Shown here: piece after piece, positions 50,383-61,294 of the stretch
Layout of the letters: each line of letters begins with the position of its first letter
Numbering within the stretch: position 1 is the first letter of the stretch
From: Marsupella aquatica
Taxonomy: Eukaryota; Plantae; Marchantiophyta
Direction: 5' to 3'
DNA: 64,000 bases
Assembly (NCBI GenBank): GCA_973895155.1
Contig: OZ316897.1
Coordinates: 21,108,260-21,172,259 of the forward strand
Program-made: the position numbers and the translations under genes
Notes under the pieces: generated by a model
The model's database searches: none
Seen by the model: the letters and a program-made list of their open reading frames with translations, nothing else
What the model was told of the DNA's origin: nothing

Positions 50383-51779
50383 TGTAGCTGCCAGCTGACT
50401 GCTGTCGCCGGTTCTGCATTGTAGCTGCCCGCTGACTGTTGTATCATGTATTGCGCATGAAGCACTACTGCAAAACTGCAAAACCAGGAACAACTTATCT
50501 TGGCCGACAGGCTGAATGACGTACAAGACTTGGTATATCCCAACTTTGTGAAGCTCTCGTTTTATTCTCACGCCCTCACACAGCTCAACTATTGAAGGGC
50601 CACGCCGCAGAACCCTCAACCTTTCCATAGCAATTGAAGCTCGCAGTCTAAGCTTCAATCTACTGTACGTACTCAGGGAAAGGTTGGGAAGCGAGCAAGG
50701 GCGACCCTGTTGAAAATTCAGCGACCATCAGGCTCCACACCTCCTTTCTCGCCCCCCATGTCGGCCTCTTCCAAACGGTCCCCTCTATCTTACTAGTAAA
50801 GCGGGTTTGCTCTTTCAAAGGCTACTGTGTAGACTGAAGCCGAAGGTGTTTATGTTACGAGGAAACAGTAGATTTGGCTAGCGAGGCTAATTCCCTACTG
50901 CCAGCGAACGGCTCTTGTGTAAACCGAAGTCGAAATCCATTAAACAGCATTCTCCTTTATTGGAGAACTAAATACCACTCTCCTTCATTGAACAAGCCTG
51001 ATTTTTTGATTTTTTGATTTTTTCAAGGACCGGAGGGCCAGTAACTTTATTACAAGGAGAAAAAACCACAATACCCGTCTGAAAGGAGGAGACAGGGAAA
51101 GGAGAAACAAAAAAATAAGGGCTACTAGAAAGAGGAGCACACCCAGAGAAGAGAACCAATACCAGCCACACCCAACCAGATGGCCAAAGAGAGGGGGCAC
51201 ATCAGAGAAAGGAGGGGGGGGGGGGGCCGGGAGAGAGACCAATGCCTAACACTATCTAATAGATCGAAGCGACAAGGAATGGAAAAGGACCTAGACAACC
51301 TAAACCTGCAAACCAGACCTGGGAGACCAGCATGAATCAGAACAGGGAAAGCGCCATCCCTCCTACCACCGGCTGATAAACCATGGCTTAACCCAATTAA
51401 TCGCACCGCCACTGCCTTCAATCCCCAATTAGCCGACCCATCCAGTTGGATGTGAGACAGAACGATGCAGAATCACCCAACACCCATCCGTAAATTAAAT
51501 GTCACCGTTGCAACAAGTCTGATGCCTTTGCACTCAACAATCAAGGCATGTTAGGTGAAAAAAGTTGTCAAGGAGAGGAATTGAGGAAAAGACGTTGAGA
51601 AGAAGTAAAGAAATACACGTGAGACAAGGATTACAGCCATAACATTGTGGCAATGTTATGAGGTGTTATGAGGTGTGCAAGTTTAGTGTAAAAATAATAA
51701 TAAAATAATAAAATAAATGCTCCCAATGGTCACACTGAAATACAAATGTGAGGTTATGTGTTGATAGCCCAATGCTCAT

Positions 51780-52015
51780 GCATTGCAAGACAACCTTGTG
51801 GTCATTACAACCATGTGGTGTTGTCAGCACGTCTTGATAGCACAACAATACCCATGCGTTGCAAAGGAGATGTTGTGGAGGAAGTCATTGAGGAAGAGAC
51901 GTGTCATGGAGGCAAGGTGAACTTTTCAACCCTAAGTCCATGCATTTGCACAATTATCGTTGTGGTCATTACAGCCATGTGGTGTTATCACCATGTCTTT
52001 ATAGCGCAACAATTC
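51780..52015. repeat. Short direct repeat in transposon-derived region
   Basis: catgcatt..tgtggtcattaca(a/g)ccatgtggtgtt(g/a)tca..gtctt.atagc.caacaat occurs twice. Confidence 0.65.
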
Positions 52016-52039
52016 TGGTGCGTTTCCCAAGGCCTCTAA

Positions 52040-55000
52040 CCCCCAAAGCTACCATCAACCGACCATATACCACTGGTTTACGGTTGCTTGATGGCCCTTT
52101 AGCAGCTATCCAACTTGGAAATGCAGCTTATCCCTTCTTTCCACACATGCCAAACCAATTCTTTCACTAGGCTTGTGAACCATGTTATGCCGAGACCACC
52201 TCAATTCTCTTTGACTTTATCACGTATATTTGTATTCCGCCCCTGGAATGTACCCATGCAGCTTAATTGCTTAAGCCGGCTGAGGGTCTTTCTCAAACTT
52301 ACTCAACCCACTCTTCATTGACAAAACACTCTCAATGTCTCACATTCTCTCAGAGTTGGGTGTGGCAGTCTCCAATCAAGGCAATGCGATTTGTACTTTG
52401 CTCAGCAGTTGCACTCCTATTGACTTCAATCGATCAAGCAACAAATATCAACAACACGCAGCTCTAGATCTATTGGCAAGATTTTGCGAACTAGGCCAAG
52501 AAAGGCCAACTCAATTCAAACGATTGCACGAAGATCCAGGAAAACTTGTGGTTTACTGATACCCCGCGGTCTAGATTTAGCTGAGTCAGAGCTTTTGTGA
52601 TCACAAAGAGACTGATTACACTAAAGACTTGACTAAGAAACGTGGTTCGACCTGCTTCTCACTAAGCTGCCTTATTTCCTCTGGCCAATCTCCTCCAGGT
52701 AGTTGCCTTTCCTGAATTTCATTCCGACTTTCCCACTCTCTTAGTTTCTCTTGAAGCTTTGCCTTGGCATTCTTCATTCTGTCAAACTCTCGGGGTGTCA
52801 TATCTGGTGGCAGAGACTATGGGCTGATCTGTTCCTCTGGCCTATCTGTCAGACCCTTGCTTCTGAGCTAATAAGCTTTATTGTACTAAAAGCTTGCACT
52901 TGATAGCTCTTTATCACCAGGAACTACAGGAGGGACGCTCCATAAGAAGGAACTACCTCTATTTCCATTAAGCCTTTGCTTCTCCTTGAGACTCTGCAAA
53001 TGTACTTGGTTTCCGTCACCATAAATGAGTATTCTTTGGTTTCCACAGTTGGAAATGTCCTCCTACCCGACAAGACAACTAATCTAGGTCTCCCAAAGAG
53101 AAGACTTCTGGACTAACAAAGATTATATAAGCAACATGCTAGATCATAAGGGCCTCAAGATTTTATATGAGTGCACATCAACAATTTCTTTCCCAAAAAT
53201 GTGCTGAAATTTCATAAGAATTTCAAAGGAAGTACATGGGTAGGTTGTCCCTACCTACTTGCTACACTTTAGCTTCTTCAACTCATACTACTTAACACTA
53301 TGGTCCTTTCAAGCCTCAAAGCATACACTTGAGTTCTAGTACCCCTAGAACATCTACCTTAGTTCCCCTAAGGACTCTTAGTGCTACTCCTTGACTCTCC
53401 ATACTTGGACCCACACAAAGTAACTCACACCAACTAAGTACTCCTTGCTTGGCTCCAACTAATCACAAAGTCCAAAACCACCCCAAAAGCCAGCAAGTGA
53501 CTCACCACTAAGAAGGGACCAGTCCACCTTTCAAGGGGGTCAAAGATCATTACTTATCCTCCTAACTATCTCACTAACTCACTTGTTTGTCTTACCTAAC
53601 TAATGAGCTAGTTGGTGATCTTTTCAAAGCCTAAATCAACTCCTTGATTTCAGCCCTTCATTCAAGTCCACCTCACCTCCTGACTTGGTTGTCCTATCCC
53701 TCCAAATCACGGACTAAGTCAGCCTCCAAAATACAGTCATTCCTATCTACAAAATAGCTCTAAAATAGTAGAGGGATCAACTTCCAATGATCCTCCAAGT
53801 TACTCCAAAGTCCCTATGTAACTCAGGTCCTTAAGTACCCTCCATGTTGGCTTTAAGGACTCCACTCCTTAACCTCCTTATTCCTGGACTCCAGAATGAG
53901 CCTAGGTCCCCTTGACATAAAGGAGCCATTCTCCAGGCCTCACCCATACGATTAGGCTTCTCCTCAAAGTAGGAGTAATTTGGGCCCTCTCCTTACTAGT
54001 AAGATTTTGTGAAATACAATGCTCTTCTTTGTAAAGCCGCAAATATACCCTGGTGAAGGCCCTTAGCGAAGCACTCTTCCCCAATTTTGACACCTTGGAG
54101 CGAGCCAACAACTAGGCAAGCCATACATCGGCATCCGGGTGCTCCCTTCCATGTGGTTCCATAACTCAAACTTAGTACGGTGGATAAGCGTCCCAAAACA
54201 CTGTCGTGGTAACTCCCTTTGATCCACCATTTGCTTGACAGGAAGCACTTGATGAACTCCTGTTCACCAAAACTCAAGGTAGCTCTGTAGGCACTGTTGT
54301 TAGCTTTCCAACCCAACTGAAAGCACTCTGATTAACTCAAAACCAACCAAGATATTCAAGGCTCCGTGTAACTCAGCTAGTAGTGAGGCCCCTTCATCCC
54401 AAGTTTAGGTAACCCCAGACTTGGTCAGTAGGAACGTAGTTCGGGGTGCTAGCAACCTGGTAGTGGAAAATGGTACTTTTGTGGGAATCAATTGTGAGTG
54501 GAAAAGACCAAAACACTTGTGAGGAAAAATACAAAGGAGAAACTATGAGTTCTATTGGAATCAAAGGAAGCAAGCTACCTGACTAAATGAAGATTGCAAT
54601 GGCATGAAGTGAAGCGATGGGAGAGAATAAAAAACCAAAGAAAACACAAGGATCAGAACGATGGGAGCTCATTTTTGTGGATCTATACTTTGTTGCCAAG
54701 CCTGAACAAGTCGCCCTCCCCTTCCTAGTATTGAGTCCAAATGATAGCTCTTCATTATTTAGCTTATCTCCCTTCCATGTGTTCATCTCTCTATTGTCGG
54801 TTGACCTTTTACATTCAATTCGTGAGTTCAAAGAGTAGCCATTCTAATTTCAAAAATATCTCTATGGACTTGATACTAATCCTGCATTCAATTCCTGAAG
54901 TTAAGGGACGCCACTTTGCTAATTTTGGATAATTTGTCTCCCTTTCATTCTTAGTTGAAGTCTGCCACCGCTCAGATTTCTTGTCAATCCATCTGGCTGA

Positions 55001-58000
55001 ATAAATTGCCTTCTAGCTATCCACGGCTGCCACCTCAAAGTTCCCCTATAGAAGGTGTAGGTTGATTTCGCCTGAAGAGCTGTTAGCGGTCGATGACTTC
55101 TCCTTTCTGTAAAATACTCTCTTTGATTCAGAAATTGCAATCTTCTCTATTAATTTCCCTTCTAGCCTTTGCCTTCCCTTGGATCTCCTCCTTTAATTTG
55201 TGCTCCATAATTCCTCTTCTAGTTCAGGTCTTCTGATTCTCCTTGAGCCCAACATTCCAGACTATTCTTCAGACTTGATTTGGTGGAGTATTGGCTCTCC
55301 ATTCAGCTGCAACGTTGAGCTCCATTCTCCCATTCAATTTCACTTTGATTTTGCTCTATTGAATTATGGGCTTGACACCTGGCCCCTAGCTAGCTCTTTT
55401 ACATTGTAACCCTACCCTTTACAGATGTGAATGAATCCACCACGTTTCTCTACGCAGCTGAATTACCCCTTTGTATGCACAAAGAACATTCCTCCCTTCA
55501 AGTCTCCTTTAGGTGCTACTTATGGCATTTAAAATTAGTCATCTTTGCCTATAGCTCAAAACTCACTCATAAGTAAAAAACTATTATGAACATACTCCTG
55601 ACTTTCCTAGCCCTAGGGCTTCCTAAAATAATTCTTCGAATTGATATATATATATAACTAAACTTGGCTTTTCTATGATTGTTCAAAGTCTGCAATCCGT
55701 CATACTTCATAGCTACTATTACATAATTAGGACCACTCCCAAAAAGTATCTATAAGCCCAAAACTAGGTTTAGTAATTCTAAGGGATAGTGTTAGATATA
55801 GTAACACCATGGCTAGCCTTCAAAATACATTTCTTGCTCTCTGGCTATTTCCCTAGGTCCCGCAACTTGGCTATTTTAAGTTTTGTCCTACTATAAATAG
55901 CTTCTAATTGAACGGTCGAAATGACTTGCACTTTTACAAGGGTTCTCTAAGGCCTGCCTAGAACCTTCAGAAAAAAATCTCAGCCTAAATTAATTACAAA
56001 CTCTAAGGATCCAATCTCCTATCTAATCCGCTAATCCACTCTTACGTTAACCGTGGTTTAAACAATGAAACTGTCTTACTCTGCTTTACTCAAGAGAGTT
56101 TACTTCAGTTTCACTTCTACTTCTCACTCATTTACAGGCTATAATATGCTTACTTAGAACAAAAAAGAAAAAATCTAACCTAAAACTAATTTAACCCACT
56201 AATTGGGCTACTCACACTATCATAAGAAACCGATGGAAGTCTTCTATGAAATCCACCCAATGTCCTAACACTTGGCACTGGCCTCTCCCCATGATTGACG
56301 TAATCCTTGTCATATAGTCCTCCACATTAACTTGACTCATTGGTATGTTGGCTGTCTCCATTGCAAAGCCCCCAATCTCATATTCTTAGTATTGCATTGG
56401 TGCATCAGGCTGACTCTCCACCTCAGGTTATCCTGCTTGAGCTAGGCCAGAAACCCGAGGTGCCGGCCTTTCACGGCTTTGGCTTCGGCTTCCATCTTTC
56501 AATTCCAAATCTATCTGCTCATCCCGTTTCTTTCTCTCCTCTGCAATTATCTTTCTCTCCACCAAGGCAATGCTAGCATATCCATGGATTATTCCGAGTA
56601 GGCCGTCGCAATGGATTCCTCACCACATCCAATGTCACTACCTCCGGCTCCTTGGGTGGGGGAATCACCCATTCTTGTACTGAGGGTTTCTTCCCTCTTC
56701 TTCTTGTTTGCAAAGGTTCCTCCTCTTCCTCCTCCTCTATGACTGCCACTGTAATCAGCATCCGCTCCTGTAGAGGTAACATGGATGCAAATGACTAACT
56801 TCTGGCATAGCAATAGAGTAATTGTAAATGGTACTCTAGTCTCAATACCACACCCTCCCCTATGCTCTGCTTTTTGTTCAATGCCTTCTTCAACTGCATT
56901 AGAAGATAACCATTGTAATCACGGCTTGAGTCGACATTTTCCACTAGAAACACCTGGGCCTTGCCGATCTCTGCTCCCGACAACGTATAGTGTAAAGTAA
57001 CCCTTAGGAAATCAATCAGTTGGCCAATGTGTGGATTAGTGCACTGATTCCTAAAAACCCATTCTTAGTGGAGGCCCCAGAAACGATCTAAACTAGTTAC
57101 TTGGTAACGTCTTCCTATGCTCTACTTTGGTCTTCTTCCCTTCGGGTAGAGCAAAGACAACCTTGATCAATGCTGGTGATAGTTCCAACACCTTCCCATA
57201 TAGCAGCGTTGTGTTGGAAGAAGCCTCCTAGCATCCAACAAAGTCTAACAGATCTTTGTCTGGAATGTCTACTAACCTCCAAGGCAATCTGACAAATTCC
57301 TCCAATCAAGTGTTATCCATGTATCCAAAATACTTATTATCTTGGATGGCACTGAAGCCATCATCCTCATCCCTTGCAAACTGTAGTTGTAAATTGGCAG
57401 GTAACCTGTTTACCCATCCTACCATAAACTTGTCCTCAGTTCCCCTATCCCAAACTGGCACAGCCTCAATTTTGGCTGGCCTCTTCGACCTGGTCCGTTT
57501 AGCTGGTGTGGCTGATGCTGAACTACCCTTGCGGTTCATGTCTTCCGTAGCTGAGCTTTCTCCCAAAATGGTTTCCCTAGTCCAAGCCAAAGTGTGACCT
57601 TTTGATTCCCACAATGGCTGTCCTATGTTCTTTATTGCTTCCCAAATCCTAACAACGCGGTTTTCCTAGTGATTAGCAATTTGTCGAGCTCAGCACTTGT
57701 TGGTATCCACAAAAATTTCTCTAATACCTCCTCAACTCCCACAAATGCTATCTTATGAATCCCCCACAATCGCACAAGCTTCGCTCGTTCTCTAGCTGCT
57801 TGTTCAGGTTTCATGTCTTTGTAAGTGGTATGAGCTGTCGCGCTTCTTCAAGCAAACAGCCCTAAAACTTTTTTGTCTGATTGACATTGTTCATTCCACC
57901 GATTGATATGCAGTTCTTGCAATCCTGCCACTTGATACCCTCCTCCGCAATTGACAGTTGCTCCACTTCATAAGGTCAAGGCTGCATGACGAGAATGAGC
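52040..58000 (-). mobile_element. Nested decayed retroelement sequences: possible LINE remnant at 52040-53000; LTR-retrotransposon-like pieces at 53300-58000
   Basis: Minus-strand LVKELVWHVWKE resembles the plant LINE C-terminal W-x-x-WKERN motif; gttcggggtgctagca at ~54440 resembles an LTR edge; many broken ORFs; no intact RT/IN motifs seen. Confidence 0.4.
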
Positions 58001-59239
58001 AGTAACTGGCAAAGGATCGGTCCCCACCTCCTTGAAGCTGCCACTTAGTCATTATTTAATCGGGGCATGCATGGATTAGGTCGTAACCCTAATCTGTGAT
58101 TGTTGCCCATAAACTCCTATTGATCAATTATTCAAATTAGCTCCACAATGATTGTAAAGAAACTAGGAAAAAGATATCTCTTTGGCTTATAAGCGTTAGC
58201 TGATTATGAAAGTTTTGCTCTTAGTTTACTGAAATTAGGAAAAAGAGAATCTCTTAGGTGTTTAAGAGTATTAAGGTTGTGTTAAGTCCATAATAGCCCC
58301 TCAGAATTCGAGTTGAAGCTGTTGTTTTTGGAGAAGCTTTAGTTTTTGGGGACTTTATAGCACACAATGCAAGGGCTTTACTACTAGGGTGTCTATATTG
58401 CATGCTCATCCTGGAACATGCTTGATTTTTTTATGGTAGTGATCTGAAAGTAAATAAAATATGAGAGCATAATCAAGAACTATAATACAAGGTTGCGCCC
58501 TTTTCTACCGTGGTTGTCATTCAAATATACAGTGTCCAAAAAAAAGATTCCAGCAAAAGAGGAAGGAATAAATCAAAGATAAAAAAGTTTAGTGTGAATG
58601 AAAGAGGAAGAAACACTCAAAAGAGAGAAAGAAAAAGGGAAATGATTATTAAATAAACTCATGCAAGCACAAGGATCAATGATGATCCCTCTGCTTTCCA
58701 TCAATGCGTAAGAGTGAACAAGATGTTAATAAAAAATGTTCTATTTATCTTAGGCATTTTTTGTAATAATTATCAAAAACTGTAATACACTATGGCACCA
58801 ATTTATACCATGGTCGCCTTTCAAAATTCCGGGGCAGTTTTGGTTGAAAAAATCAAAACCAGAAAAAATGGAACCAATAAGACAAAAAAACCCAATTGGA
58901 AACTCAAGTCATCACTTGGATTGCAGGGCCGCGATGTCAGCACACGCCGCGGTGACAGCACCAAGCCATAGCAAGTCGCGACCCGCCCTTCCCAGCTCAC
59001 AGCCACCAATGCTGGCTGGCTCCGCCCTCTGCCTCCAAGGCCCCCTTTTGCCTCTCCACTTCGCGGCCCCTCCTCTCAACTCCCCCTTGCCCTCCTTTAA
59101 ATTTATCCTTTTTAAAAGATTTAAATTACAAAACAATAATTTTAAAAATCATTCTCATTTTGTTGTACTTTGGTGTTGGTTGTCGCCTCTCTTTGTGTCA
59201 TGACATCTCCACTTGAAAAATGTTTTTTACGCAATGAGA

Positions 59240-59850
59240 TGTTTCTAACAAAGATATCTTTCGCACCAAGATAATTTTTCAACTACATCTTTAGCACAAC
59301 GTCACCTATTATGCATTGATGTCTTTCGCCAAATGATATCTTTAGTAAACTACATCTTTTGCGCAACATCTTTTGAGCAACCACATATTTTACTTAACGA
59401 CATTTTTTATTTAACAACACTGTAAAATAATGCAACGATGTATTTATCCAACAACATCTTTTGTGCAACAGAGACTTGACAACATATATCACTCATGACA
59501 TCACTTTACTTATGAACCATTTTGTACTTAACAACATATATCACTCACGACATCACTTAATTTACTTATGAACCATTTTGTACTTAACAACATCTTTTTT
59601 TTTAATGACATCTTGGGCGTAGTGATATCTTTTGTCTCAACGACATCTTTTTTCTTAAAGACATCTTGGGCGTAGTGATATCTTTTGTCTCAACGACATC
59701 TTTTTCTTAAAGACATCTTGGGCAATCCGACATTTTTGGGTGACACAACATCTTTTCTCTTAACGACATCTTGGGCGTCACGACATCTTTTCTCTTGACG
59801 ACGTCTTGGGTGTCACGACATTTTTTTCTTCACAACATCTTTTGTGCAAC
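59240..59850. repeat. Degenerate tandem array built on an (a/c)acgacatcttt core, with nested 40-55-bp duplications
   Basis: Many acatcttt units; gacatcttgggcgtagtgatatcttttgtctcaacgacatc x2; acaacatatatcactca.gacatcactt..tacttatgaaccattttgtactta x2. Confidence 0.8.
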
Positions 59851-60846
59851 GCACGGGTATTGAGCTCGTGAGAAGGATAAAATGACATAATGATGCTATG
59901 CTTTGTACACTTCATTCAATGTGCCTTATGAATGATGACACTCATTTCAATAAAAACCATAAACTTAGGAAAGAAAGATATGAGGGGAATTTAGGACAAT
60001 ACGTGTTCATGTTATTCAGAATCATTTCTCTCACTCACGAGAATACTTTATTCAAGTTGTGGAGGAGTTCGTTTCATGTCTAAGAGATCACAAACTTTAA
60101 AAGTTATAAGGGGGCGGCCCAAATCTTACTTATAAATCTGCAACTACAAGCTAGAGTTGGGGCCTAAGCTTCTAGAGTGAAGCCTCTAGACCGTAACTCC
60201 ATGGCTCATCATGTGGAATGATGAAAAAACTGATGTCTATAATGTATGTTATGTCAAATGATAATCATGACTGCTTTTGTTATGATTTCTATTTATATTA
60301 AAAACTTATCTCTATGACCCCACCATATTATATGTGCATAAGTGGGATGTAGGATTGAAAAACTAAGGATGTGCGTAGAAAAAAGTACTATGGTATGTTA
60401 TATCTGATTATTAAAATGATGATATGCATGATAATTTTTTTATCATTTCATTAACCTTCAAAATATGTGAATAAGGAATATATTTTGGTGACATTTTTAT
60501 TGTCCTCCTCGCTATTCATGTTCAAAGAATGGGTAGTCGGGGTTAGTAAGTTTAAAATACTCTCGATTACCTAAAATTAAAGGGGTTTAAAAATTAATTA
60601 AAAATATAAATGATACAAAGGCTGCCTCTCTGTCTTGCCTGGGTGATTTTTGCCCCCTCATGTGATTTTTGGCTCTCCGCCCTTTTTTCTTGACACACAA
60701 AATCTAAGACAAAATTTGAAAAGTAGCTTTCAAAAATATGATGCTATGCATGATAGTTTTTTTTTATTGTAAGGTACATGTTTTGGTGATATTTTTAGTG
60801 GACTCTCCTCTATTCACGTCGTTAAAGAACGGGTAGTTTCGGATAT

Positions 60847-60951
60847 GTCACCCTTAAACCCTGAACAATTCGCAGTCTCGGCTAGTCACCCTTAATAAAC
60901 CCTGAACAATTCGTCGTCTCGGCTAGTCACCCTTAAACCCTGAACAATTCG
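60847..60951 (+). repeat. About 2.6 copies of a 38-42-bp tandem repeat upstream of the branching enzyme gene
   Basis: gtcacccttaaaccctgaacaattcg(cagtctcggcta) repeated. Confidence 0.85.
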
Positions 60952-61294
60952 AACAAGGCAAAGAGGCGACGCAGGGATTTGTTCAGGCCGACAGAGCATT
61001 TGAAGGTCGATTTCAAGAGCAAAATGAGGCTGATTTGCAACAAGAGTTGAGCACGATTTGACGCAACAAATTGAAGGCGATTTTGCCAGTATGGTATGGC
61101 GGTCGTTGGTGTGTTGCTGCAGTCCGCATCCTTCATGTCGCTGCCGTTTCGAGCGAGCTGAGTACTATCCGAGGTCTTCTTAGCTCGCTGCATCAATTCG
61201 CCGAGAGAGAGGGAGGGAAAGGACGGAGCAGGAATCGAGAGAGCTCCCTGCAAGACCTCGTCCAAAGGCTTTGCGTCTAGTGAGAGAGTTCAGT

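Noticed and set aside
59240-59850. CRISPR-like appearance of spaced short repeats
   Set aside because: Eukaryotic context, variable repeats, spacers themselves repeated, no cas genes
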